A DNA stretch of 64,000 bases from a virus: positions 32,001 through 96,000 of IMG/VR virus record IMGVR_UViG_3300045997_000112. One strand, 5' to 3'. The position numbers and the translations under genes were made by a program. Below are positions 35,798-44,223 of this stretch, piece after piece (the first letter of the stretch is position 1; the number at the start of each line of letters is the position of its first letter). The notes beneath the pieces are model-generated. The model worked only from the letters and a program-made list of their open reading frames with translations. It was not told the origin of the DNA and searched no databases.

Positions 35798-35870
35798 CTC
35801 CCCCGCATGGACTCGAACCACGCACCTCTCCCGTAACAGGGGAGCGCTCTGCCAGATGAGCTACAGGGGA
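35798..35870 (-). tRNA. trnN: tRNA-Asn(GTT)
   Basis: Complete cloverleaf: acceptor TCCCCTG/CGGGGGA, D stem GCTC/GAGC, anticodon arm CTCCC-CTGTTAC-GGGAG, T loop TTCGAGT, discriminator G. Confidence 0.93.
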
Positions 35871-35892
35871 TCAGGGTAGGCACACCATACAC

Positions 35893-35929
35893 ATGAAGAA
35901 GCCCCGAGGGCCGCCTCGGGGCTCTTCAT
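35893..35929 (-). terminator. Intrinsic terminator after the major capsid gene
   Basis: AGCCCCGAGG-CGGC-CCTCGGGGCT followed by TCTTCATGT on the minus strand. Confidence 0.8.
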
Positions 35930-36012
35930 TGGGGAAAGTGGTCCCCCGCTCCCCGTCCGGACTGGCGATCAACCCAGTCTCGACGGGGAGCGTTCCCGGC
36001 GCTACCGGGGGG

Positions 36013-36987
36013 CTAGTTGGTCTTGATCCGGACGATCGCGTCGTCGGTGATCTTGCCCAGACCCCAGATGCTGTACCAGGCGAGGGCATGCTCTCGGCCG
36101 AAGTCGAGGATCCCGCCGTCGCGCAGCTCCACGGGGAGGCTGATCGCGTGACCGAACGCGTTGTCACCGATCACGATGGCGTCGTAGACGCCACCATTGT
36201 TGGCGACCTGGGTGGTCTCGATGAAGACCACGTCGTAGAGCCGGCCGATCTCGCCGATCATGAAGTTGCCCGGGGCCGCGTACTTCGAGACCTCGATGAA
36301 CTCCGGCGTGTCGCGCAGGCGGCGGGACTGGTGCGGGTGCACGAAGCACACGTAGGTCTCGCCCAGACGCGGCATGTTCTTGCTGGCCAGGGTCTCCACG
36401 GCGTCCTTCACCGCGTGAGTGGTCAGGTTGAACGGATCGGTCGCCGTCCCGACGACCGTGGTGGCATCGCCGACCTCACCCGGGTCGTACCAGTTGTTGA
36501 CGGCACCGAGCCCCTTGCGGTTGTAGCCGTAGACGACCGAGGTGCCGGTCATCAGCGTGTCGCGGGCCTGGGTGTCCAGGTACAGCGCCATGTTGCGGCC
36601 GAGCAGACGGGAGGCGGAGGCCATCACGTCGTCGAACGAGGCGTTGAGCAGGAGCTCCGACACCGAGACGGCGAAGCCGTGCTCCGAGACCGTGATGCTG
36701 TACTGCGAGGCAGTCAGCGCCGAGGTCTGCATGCGGATGCCCTCGACCAGCGGCGTGGCGCTGGGGAGGTTGTTGTACCGCATGAAGTTGACGGTGAGGC
36801 CGGGGGCGACGCCGAGTTCGGTCTTCTTGACGGCGAACTGCTCGAACCGAAGGATCGGCATCGCCTGGAAGAGGATCTCCTTGGACCAGATGGTCTGGAT
36901 CGCCTGGGTGAGCTGTGCGTTGGCGCCTGGGTAGGCGGTGGGGGCAGCGGCGAGATTGCCGGTACCGGTGATGGCTGAACCTGCCAT
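36013..36987 (-). CDS. Major capsid protein (HK97 fold, N4-gp56-like family)
   Basis: WSKEILFQA.P.LRFEQFAVKKTELG..PG.TV.F.RY; LVEG; EHG.AV; CFVHP; GEIGRLYDVVFIET; very strong codon bias. Confidence 0.93.
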   Translation of the reverse strand: MAGSAITGTGNLAAAPTAYPGANAQLTQAIQTIWSKEILFQAMPILRFEQFAVKKTELGVAPGLTVNFMRYNNLPSATPLVEGIRMQTSALTASQYSITVSEHGFAVSVSELLLNASFDDVMASASRLLGRNMALYLDTQARDTLMTGTSVVYGYNRKGLGAVNNWYDPGEVGDATTVVGTATDPFNLTTHAVKDAVETLASKNMPRLGETYVCFVHPHQSRRLRDTPEFIEVSKYAAPGNFMIGEIGRLYDVVFIETTQVANNGGVYDAIVIGDNAFGHAISLPVELRDGGILDFGREHALAWYSIWGLGKITDDAIVRIKTN

Positions 36988-37025
36988 GAGGGACGACTCC
37001 TATGTCGAAGGAAGAAGAGTGGGGT

Positions 37026-37799
37026 CTAGCTGAACATCCCCCGCCCGCCTCCGGACATCCCGAAAGCTTGGCGGTATTGCGCGTACTCTTCGACCGACAT
37101 GGCCCGGATCTGCTCCGGTGTGAACGACTGCTGCCCCGAGTAGTTGTCCAGTGGATCTGTGGCGGGAGGTGCGGTCACCCGCGCTCCCGTCGCCTCGCGC
37201 CGAACACTACCGGTCGCCTGGCGAGTCGCGTCAAGGATACGGGCACTGCGCTCCTTGAGTCCATTGATTGAGGCATCGATCTGCTCGGGTGTATCCCCGG
37301 CTACGAGGTCCAACAGCTCTGGCAGGATGTCATCGCGTGCCAAGTCGATCTGCTGGGCCCGGTATTGCTGCACGGTGGTGTACTGCCGCTCCTTCTCGAA
37401 CAGGGCGAAGGCGCGCTCCCGCTCCTCCTGCTCCGCGCGCAGCTTCTGCTCCCACTCGACCTCCTTCTTGGCGAGGAGGGCACGCACGTCCATCTCCTCC
37501 TCCTCCTTGCGCCGGGCCTCCTCGGCCTCGCGCTGGGCGGCCTCCTGGGCCTGACGCTCTGCCTCCTCGCGGACCTTCCGAAGCTCGGCAACCTCTTCAC
37601 GAAGCTTGGTGATCTCGGGGTAGAGCTTGTCCTTCTCCTGCTGACGGGCCTTGGTCACGTCCTCGCGGGTGAAGGTCTTGACGGGCTTGGGATCCGCTGG
37701 AGGCTCCTCCGTGGCTTCGAGCTGCAGCTCGGCCTGGAACTCCGGGGGAAGGGACTGGTCGTTCTGGGCGTCAAGCGCGGCCTGAAACTCTGGAGGCAT
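37026..37799 (-). CDS. Capsid scaffolding protein
   Basis: Charged coiled coil (KARQQEKDKLY), C-terminal IRAMSVEEYAQYR; lies between portal and capsid. Confidence 0.85.
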   Translation of the reverse strand: MPPEFQAALDAQNDQSLPPEFQAELQLEATEEPPADPKPVKTFTREDVTKARQQEKDKLYPEITKLREEVAELRKVREEAERQAQEAAQREAEEARRKEEEEMDVRALLAKKEVEWEQKLRAEQEERERAFALFEKERQYTTVQQYRAQQIDLARDDILPELLDLVAGDTPEQIDASINGLKERSARILDATRQATGSVRREATGARVTAPPATDPLDNYSGQQSFTPEQIRAMSVEEYAQYRQAFGMSGGGRGMFS

Positions 37800-37870
37800 T
37801 AGTCATCCTTTGTCCGTTGGGTTTCTCCAAGGGAGACTATATGACCCAACATTGGGGATCGCCATACAGG

Positions 37871-39613
37871 TCAGGACGTGGCGCCGCGATCGTCCTGCCC
37901 CGGGGACTGCCGTGCAGGGAGCTTGGTTCCGTACGCCTTGGTGACCAGCGTGTTCCGAATGTTGGCCTCGGCCTCGAGATTGATCATGGCGGCCTGATCC
38001 TGGACGCCGTACGCCGGGTTGCCCACCATGCCGTCGCCGAGCACGTCGCCGTCTCCGGTCATCGCCATCGTCGGGTCCAATGGCATAGCGGGGCCGCCTT
38101 CGAGCCCCGGCATCATCCCGGTGATGTCCATGACCTCCTTCTGGATCTGCGTCTTGAGCAGGTCCAGGGCACCGTCGGCCAGGGCGTCGTCCATCATCTC
38201 CTTGCGGATCTCGTTCAGCTTCTGCTCGGGGAACTCCTCACCCAATGTTCGGAGCGCCCCCTCACGAGACTCGAGCCCCATCTGCATCTTCATCTGGATC
38301 TCGTTGAGGAGCACGAGCTTGTCCAGGGGCAGCGGCGGCGGGAAGTGCACGGTGGACTGGTAGGAGATCATGTCCGCCGGGTCGAGCTTCGGAACCTGGC
38401 CCTCCTCCAGTGGGAGGTCCCGAGTCGGATCCCAGACCAGGATCTCGGGCTCCTTCACCACCAGGGTGAGCAGGATCATCTCGTTGATGCGCTGCAGGCC
38501 CTCGGCGTACTGGGCGATCTTCTGCTGCCAGCGGTTCATCAATGGCTGGAACTGGATGCTCAGCGCCACGCCGGAGGTGTTGGAGATGGGCTGTGCCTGA
38601 CCGAGTGCGGTCTCAGGGACGCCCACCATCTCGTGCATGGAGCGCTTGATCATCTCCAGGTACTTCAGCGCGCCCTCGAGACCGGGCCCACCACCCTCAA
38701 GGTTGAAGACCTGGGCCTCCTTGGGGAGACCACCCCAGACCTTCTTGGCGCCCTTCTCCAGCTGGGACGCCTTGGCGCCGACGATGACCGTGATCGGCGC
38801 CGCGTGGTAGTTCACGATGTCGGCCACGTCGGTGGCGACCTCGTTGTAGTGCATGTTCAGGTTGATGATGTCCTGGCAGTCGCTCAGACCCCACGGGCTG
38901 TTGGGCACCGGAATGTTGGGGATGTGCACCACCGGGATCCGACCCAAAGGATTCGGGCGGCTGTCGATCAGCTCGTCGTTGACGTACTCCTCGATCGCGT
39001 TCTCGGTGAGGATCTCGACGTAGGTGTAGACCGACCGGGTGCCCTGGGGGCTGGTGCCGTAGAAGCGGTACTTGATCTTGAACCGGATCAGCCGCGACCG
39101 ATCGTGCGGGTGGTACTCCGGGAAGCAGTAGGCCGCGTTCAGCGGGAGCAGGCGCACCCGGCCGGGGTGGGTCATCCCGACCGAGTCCTCCCAGGCTTCC
39201 TCGTAGGCGATCTTCACGAAGCAGTCGCCCGAGACGGCACCCGAGGTGCCCATCTCGAAGAGCACCTTCATCTTGTCGTTGTCGGTCTCCCACACGCGCT
39301 TGAGCGCGTCGGGCACGATCGCGTCGGTCTCCTTGGGGCTGGAGAACTGCACGCCCCTGCCGAAGGTGAACCGGGTGATGAAGTCCGTGAAGGCCCGGTA
39401 GTAGTTGTAGGTGTTCTGACTCTCGCCGGTCTCCCGCCGGTACCCGAAGTGGTGGCCGAGGTACATCGACCAGTTCAGGCTGTACCGGTTGAGCCGGGGC
39501 CCGTGGATCTCGAACTCCTCATCGGCCAGCTCGACGAGCCCCAATGGTGAGATGGAGACCGTCAGGTCCTGAGAACCGGCCCTGAATGATGGAGACGCGA
39601 AGTCAATGGACAT
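37871..39613 (-). CDS. Portal protein (SPP1 gp6-like)
   Basis: NYYRAFTD, VSGDCFVK, NPLGRIPVVHIPN, WGLSD, SGVAL; follows the terminase. Confidence 0.93.
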   Translation of the reverse strand: MSIDFASPSFRAGSQDLTVSISPLGLVELADEEFEIHGPRLNRYSLNWSMYLGHHFGYRRETGESQNTYNYYRAFTDFITRFTFGRGVQFSSPKETDAIVPDALKRVWETDNDKMKVLFEMGTSGAVSGDCFVKIAYEEAWEDSVGMTHPGRVRLLPLNAAYCFPEYHPHDRSRLIRFKIKYRFYGTSPQGTRSVYTYVEILTENAIEEYVNDELIDSRPNPLGRIPVVHIPNIPVPNSPWGLSDCQDIINLNMHYNEVATDVADIVNYHAAPITVIVGAKASQLEKGAKKVWGGLPKEAQVFNLEGGGPGLEGALKYLEMIKRSMHEMVGVPETALGQAQPISNTSGVALSIQFQPLMNRWQQKIAQYAEGLQRINEMILLTLVVKEPEILVWDPTRDLPLEEGQVPKLDPADMISYQSTVHFPPPLPLDKLVLLNEIQMKMQMGLESREGALRTLGEEFPEQKLNEIRKEMMDDALADGALDLLKTQIQKEVMDITGMMPGLEGGPAMPLDPTMAMTGDGDVLGDGMVGNPAYGVQDQAAMINLEAEANIRNTLVTKAYGTKLPARQSPGQDDRGATS

Positions 39614-39622
39614 GGCTGGAGG

Positions 39623-39994
39623 CTACCGCTTCTTCTTGTGGGAGCGGCTGGGATTCTTGCGCCCGCTGGCCCTCTCGTCCTTCGTCTTCTTGTCCGCGTC
39701 GCCGCCGTCGTCCTTGGCCTTCTCGATCTTCTGATGGGAGGCCAGCTTCTTGGCCCTCTCATCAGTGTCGTCGTCACCGGACTTGAACCGGCCGCCCATC
39801 TGCTTGTACTTGTCGTGGGCCCAGTGCGACGCAGCCGGGGATGGCCACTTGTGGAACTTGGCCTTCGCCTGCATGACGACGATGTTCCACAAGCGCGGAT
39901 TGGTGGGCGTCAGCTCCTTGTGCTTCTGCCCCACACCGGTGACCCCCGGCTCCGGCTGGCGGATGGAGGAGTTCCGGGTGTTGACCATTGCCAT
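39623..39994 (-). CDS. Basic hypothetical protein
   Basis: NPRLW...AKAKF..WPSPAA..W....YK..GG motif; Lys-rich tail. Confidence 0.75.
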   Translation of the reverse strand: MAMVNTRNSSIRQPEPGVTGVGQKHKELTPTNPRLWNIVVMQAKAKFHKWPSPAASHWAHDKYKQMGGRFKSGDDDTDERAKKLASHQKIEKAKDDGGDADKKTKDERASGRKNPSRSHKKKR

Positions 39995-40008
39995 GGCCAA
40001 CGCCCCTG

Positions 40009-40407
40009 TCAGTCGCGGACGACGTTGGGCGCGGCGCGGTGCAGGCGGGTCTCGGAACCCATCTCGAGCTCCCACTGCGGGGAGTCGTAGTTGGTGAACG
40101 ACCCCTGCACGAACTCCCGCAGGAACGTCGGGGCCTCGACCCAGGACGCCGAACCTGCGTGCGCGCGCTGCTTCATCGTCTCAGCCGGGGGCTTGATGAA
40201 GACCGGGGCGTTGCGGTTGGGGCGGCCGGGAGCCGGGGTCTCGCCCTGGCGGATGCCGGTCACGAAGTCGGCCGGGATGTCCGGGTCAGACCCGAGACCC
40301 TCCTGGAACAGGTGGGGACCCTCGTTGCCGGGGATGGACTCCCCGACCTTCTGGTCGAAGAAGGTGGGGGTGCGCTCGGGGAAGCTGGGGACCGGAGCGA
40401 TGGCCAT
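40009..40407 (-). CDS. Conserved hypothetical (likely virion) protein
   Basis: AAGGAG RBS; FQEGLGSDPDIP, RAHAGSASWVEAP. Confidence 0.8.
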   Translation of the reverse strand: MAIAPVPSFPERTPTFFDQKVGESIPGNEGPHLFQEGLGSDPDIPADFVTGIRQGETPAPGRPNRNAPVFIKPPAETMKQRAHAGSASWVEAPTFLREFVQGSFTNYDSPQWELEMGSETRLHRAAPNVVRD

Positions 40408-40464
40408 TTGGTACTCCTTGGACGTAGGGTCTCCGCCCCATTCTGGCGCAGACGACTGGATGTG

Positions 40465-40617
40465 TCAGCCCTTAGCCCCAACCTTGGCAGCAGCGATGCA
40501 CTCCTCGCAGAGCCGACCCGCGTGTTTCTGGTCGATATCGACGTACCCGCACGCGGGCCACTTGCCGCACGACCTGCAGAACGCCGACCTGGATGGTTGG
40601 TTCACCACTGCCTGCAT
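40465..40617 (-). CDS. Small Zn-finger protein (50 aa)
   Basis: Manual translation MQAVVNQPSRSAFCRSCGKW...LCEECIAAAKVGAKG; GAGGAG RBS. Confidence 0.6.
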   Translation of the reverse strand: MQAVVNQPSRSAFCRSCGKWPACGYVDIDQKHAGRLCEECIAAAKVGAKG

Positions 40618-40626
40618 CGTCTCTCC

Positions 40627-42963
40627 TCAGCTGAACCATGGGGCGACGGATACGTCCACATGGGGGATGTGCATCTCGGCGGTGCAGTAGGCCGCGATGG
40701 CCAGACTGTCCACGAAGTCGTCGTGGGCCCCGGTCTCATTGGGGGCCTCCACGGTGAAGTACTGCCCGGAGAACTTCTTCTCCGCGTCGAGCATCTGCTG
40801 CATGAAGCGCTGGTACACCTTCAGCCGCCGGGTCTTCGCGTGCGCGGGCCATCCGATAGAGCGTCGCTGGATGAGGGAGGTGAGGTGCTTCCAGCGCTTG
40901 GCCTGCTCCGCCTGGTTGGAGCCGAAGGACAGCACCTCCGAGCGGGGGAGCAGGAGCTTGAGGCGCTGGGCCACCGCATCGCCGACACCCGTGGAGTCCA
41001 CGCCCACGGCAAGCACGTCGTAGGGCGCGAGGAAGTTCACGATCTGGAAGTACTGCTCCTCCCAGTCGTCACCCTGGATCTCGAGCCAGTTCAGGACCCG
41101 GTGGTCGAAGAAGCCGAACTCATCCGGGGCGTCCCAGTTCACCCACAGGACGGTCACCACTGTTGAGTCAACCTTGCGCGCGGGGTCCACGCCCACCACG
41201 ACCGGGCTCTGGTTCCAACCCCGGACGATCTGCTGGCTGGTGTCGCCCAGCGACTCGAAGGCCGACTGGCTGATGAACATGCCCCGGTCGAGCATCCACT
41301 TGCAGTTGTGAGAGGCGAGACCCTCGGCTATGAAGGTCTTGGTGGTGGTCTCCAGGGCGACCAGCTCGATCTCGCCCACGAACTCCTTCGACACGACGAG
41401 TGGGTGCTCAAAGCGCTGCGACACGTGGTCGTGCCTGCCGATGGACCCTAGGAGGTCGATGTTCAACTTGTCCAGCAGACGCTGCGGCCTGATCTGGCCG
41501 AGAAAGCGGAGAGCACCGGCGCGACCGCCTGCGACAAACACGTTGTGGACGTCACCGTTGGTGCCGTTCGGCTTCACGCGGTCCCACGTCGGCACACCCT
41601 TGGCGGCGAGGTGCTCGCGCACATCGGCCAGCATGAGGTTGTCCTTCTGGGAGAACCCGATGACGGTCTGCCCCTTGCGCTGGAGGAAGTGGCCCTCCCC
41701 GTCGAACGCCGCCGCGAGGTACCCGGTCTCGTAGTCGTGGTCGTGTCCCCACACATCGACCAACTTGAAGATACGGTCGGTGGTGAGCAGGTCCTCGGTG
41801 GTCTTCCACTCGGTGCGCCTCCCAGCGGTGGAGACCAACCAGAGGTGTCCGCTGGATGACGTGACCTCGGTTCCGTCGTCCAACGTCACCTGGTAACTTG
41901 GCCGGATCACGCGAGCGGTGCTCGTCACGACCGACTCCCGAAACTGCCGATGGGCCCCCTTCTCGGGGCGCTCTTCGTCGAACCCAACGAGCCTGTCACC
42001 CACGACGAGGTCACCAGCAGGTACGTATCGTAGGTCAGCGGTCAGGACTCGGGTCTCAGCCACTACGCAATTGTAGGACATCTGGAACTCGTCCGAGTCC
42101 TCGCCCAGCTGCAGCATCTCCTTGCGGATGTACTTCTTGTAGTTGGGGTTGACCTTCACCACGTCCCGCCAGTTCCACTCGAAGTGGTTCCTGCGGCTGG
42201 CCTTGGCCACGGCGGTGCGCTTGTTGATCTGGATGCTCTTGTAGAAGTTGTTCTTCTTGGTGGTTGGCGTCCCGGTCTTCACCATGGTGGCGTTGTAGTA
42301 AGCGCCCATCGGGGAGATCGACTTGGAGACGATCAGGTCGTCGGCGTCCTGACACTCGTCGATGATGATCAGGTGGAACGACTTCGACTCAATCTTGGCG
42401 CGCGGGTTGGCGGTCATCATCATGAGCACCGAGCCGGACCTCTTGAGCTGCACGCCCCGGGTGACGCCCGGGTTCTTGGCCGTCACGTCGTCGATCTCCG
42501 GGTCCCCGAGAATCTCGAGGGCCCGCTCCGAGCTGAGCCGGGTGACCGTGCGGCCGAACAGCGTCTCGGCCTGGGCCTCGATCGGGGCGAACATGCCGAC
42601 CCAAAAGCCAGTGGCGAACTTGCCGAGGAGGTCCGGGTAGATCTTGGCCAGCCTCGGGAGGAGCACCATGAGCGCAGCGACCACGTTGGCCAGGATCTCG
42701 CTCTTGCCCGACTGCCGGGCCGCCAGAGCGGTGAGGAGGCTCCCATCATTGATGACGACCGAGCGGATGATGCGCCGGGCGAACGGGACCTGGTAGGCGT
42801 GCAGCTGGTGCCCGGCCAGCAGGTAGGTGAAGGCGAGGATCTTGTCGATGAGGTCTTCGACGAACTCTTCGGAGAACTCGTCCAGATCCTCTTCGGAGGA
42901 GAATCCCTCACCCTCCTGGATGGTGGCCTCTTGGTCCGCGTCAAGAACGAGGGTCTCATCCAC
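40627..42963 (-). CDS. terL: Terminase large subunit, intein-containing
   Basis: ARQSGKS Walker A, IIIDECQ Walker B, TGTP, VGVDPA, DSTGVG, HDDFVDS. Confidence 0.96.
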   Translation of the reverse strand: MDETLVLDADQEATIQEGEGFSSEEDLDEFSEEFVEDLIDKILAFTYLLAGHQLHAYQVPFARRIIRSVVINDGSLLTALAARQSGKSEILANVVAALMVLLPRLAKIYPDLLGKFATGFWVGMFAPIEAQAETLFGRTVTRLSSERALEILGDPEIDDVTAKNPGVTRGVQLKRSGSVLMMMTANPRAKIESKSFHLIIIDECQDADDLIVSKSISPMGAYYNATMVKTGTPTTKKNNFYKSIQINKRTAVAKASRRNHFEWNWRDVVKVNPNYKKYIRKEMLQLGEDSDEFQMSYNCVVAETRVLTADLRYVPAGDLVVGDRLVGFDEERPEKGAHRQFRESVVTSTARVIRPSYQVTLDDGTEVTSSSGHLWLVSTAGRRTEWKTTEDLLTTDRIFKLVDVWGHDHDYETGYLAAAFDGEGHFLQRKGQTVIGFSQKDNLMLADVREHLAAKGVPTWDRVKPNGTNGDVHNVFVAGGRAGALRFLGQIRPQRLLDKLNIDLLGSIGRHDHVSQRFEHPLVVSKEFVGEIELVALETTTKTFIAEGLASHNCKWMLDRGMFISQSAFESLGDTSQQIVRGWNQSPVVVGVDPARKVDSTVVTVLWVNWDAPDEFGFFDHRVLNWLEIQGDDWEEQYFQIVNFLAPYDVLAVGVDSTGVGDAVAQRLKLLLPRSEVLSFGSNQAEQAKRWKHLTSLIQRRSIGWPAHAKTRRLKVYQRFMQQMLDAEKKFSGQYFTVEAPNETGAHDDFVDSLAIAAYCTAEMHIPHVDVSVAPWFS
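41305..42069 (-). mobile_element. Intein (255 aa) with LAGLIDADG-type endonuclease remnant
   Basis: SYN|CVVAETRVLTAD (block A), VTSSSGHLWLV (block B), YLAAAFDGEG, TFIAEGLASHN|C (block G and +1 Cys). Confidence 0.95.
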
Positions 42964-43162
42964 GGGCCTTGACCTCCCTCACGATCACCACGAGCACCTC
43001 CGAGTAGAACTCGGCCTCGTCAACATTGCCTGATCGAAGGTTACGGCTAACCGAGCTCATTGCACTCTGGGCAGAATCCAGAAGGTCCGAAGTCGACAAT
43101 TTCTTCGCACGCCTCGCAGCGACGTCGTGTGTGACCTTCAGCGGCTTCTTCCTCCACCACAT
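42956..43162 (-). CDS. Small hypothetical protein
   Basis: GGAGG RBS; overlaps the terL start. Confidence 0.65.
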   Translation of the reverse strand: MWWRKKPLKVTHDVAARRAKKLSTSDLLDSAQSAMSSVSRNLRSGNVDEAEFYSEVLVVIVREVKARG

Positions 43163-43448
43163 CGAAATCCTCCTCCGCCTGCTCCCGGCTGTAGTCCCTC
43201 GTGGGCGTGTACCCGATCAGCGCCCCACTGAGTGCGCGATCCATGGCCACATCCTCGGGCAGGCGGGGACCCCACCAGCCGAGGACGAAACCGTGGCGAA
43301 GCTTGGGCAAGCGGAAGACGAGAGGGCGGGACACCCGATACGGCCAGGTGACCTCCTGGGTCTTGCCCCGATCGATCAGCGGGAAGTCCGTGCTGGGGTA
43401 GCTGAACTTGTGCGTGAACAGCCGTCCAATGTTGTGGACCTCGGGCAC
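43047..43448 (-). CDS. Hypothetical protein
   Basis: GTG start overlapping the upstream stop; C-terminal CEAC/CPEC overlaps the next ORF. Confidence 0.55.
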   Translation of the reverse strand: MPEVHNIGRLFTHKFSYPSTDFPLIDRGKTQEVTWPYRVSRPLVFRLPKLRHGFVLGWWGPRLPEDVAMDRALSGALIGYTPTRDYSREQAEEDFDVVEEEAAEGHTRRRCEACEEIVDFGPSGFCPECNELG

Positions 43449-44215
43449 TAGCTGACCCTTCGCCTCCGAGTCTGGCGAGGCACCTGAACAGTGCGCTTGC
43501 CGGACGCCCGTGGACGCTGCTTGTGCAGAGTCTTCTGGGCAACTCTAGCGGCCTTGTGAATGGATTGCTTTTGAGGCACGGAGCCAGCGTTGGCAATGCC
43601 ACGCGTGTGACTGTCCAGGAACGTCCGGATGAACCGCCCCTTGGACGGTGCGGCCTTGAACGCCTGCCACGTCGTCACCGCCACGTCGTAGTAGTTGTAG
43701 AAGGTGCCGTCCCGGAAGATCACCGTCAGCTTGCCGTCCGACTGGCTGCCCGGGTTGAGGGTGTAGCCCGCCGCCACTGTTCGCGGCCGATCGGGATTGA
43801 TGGTGGACGTGGGTGCGATCGAGATGGGCGCCGGAGTCTCATCGACCGGGGCCGTGCCCGTCCAGGTGGCGGGCCCGGTGTCCGGGTTGTACTCCATGTT
43901 GTTGGCGTCGTAGTCGTCGCCGATGGTCACGTAGTCGGTCATGCCCTGCCGGTCGAGGCCCAACTCGAACGGGGTGGTGCGCGTGCCATCGGCATAGGTG
44001 TCGAACACCTGAGCGGTGTGCAGGTCCTGCAGCACCTGGGAGCCGTAGGACTTCTCGGGAGTGACCTTCTCGTTGGGGAAGAACTGCGCCTTGGAGACCT
44101 TGCCACCAGCTTGGCGCGCCTGCGCCTGCTTGAACGTCTCCCCACCGGGGGTGACACGCATACCGGGGCCCACATTGCGGGCCCCGGTCGGCGTGAAGGT
44201 GGCCTTGCGGGCCAT
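43448..44215 (-). CDS. KTSC-domain protein
   Basis: AAGY...LTVIFRDGTFYNYYDV...WQAFKAAPSKGRFIR..L; start MARKAT with AGGAG RBS. Confidence 0.85.
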   Translation of the reverse strand: MARKATFTPTGARNVGPGMRVTPGGETFKQAQARQAGGKVSKAQFFPNEKVTPEKSYGSQVLQDLHTAQVFDTYADGTRTTPFELGLDRQGMTDYVTIGDDYDANNMEYNPDTGPATWTGTAPVDETPAPISIAPTSTINPDRPRTVAAGYTLNPGSQSDGKLTVIFRDGTFYNYYDVAVTTWQAFKAAPSKGRFIRTFLDSHTRGIANAGSVPQKQSIHKAARVAQKTLHKQRPRASGKRTVQVPRQTRRRRVS

Positions 44216-44223
44216 CGGTACTC

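Noticed and set aside
35798-35870. tRNA as an attachment site or prophage boundary
   Set aside because: No integrase, no duplicated tRNA 3' end and no host genes; phage genes continue on both sides.
35926-36015. Stop-codon read-through or frameshift extension of the major capsid protein
   Set aside because: The in-frame extension is under 30 codons with atypical codon use and no domain. The sequence is better explained as RNA hairpins.
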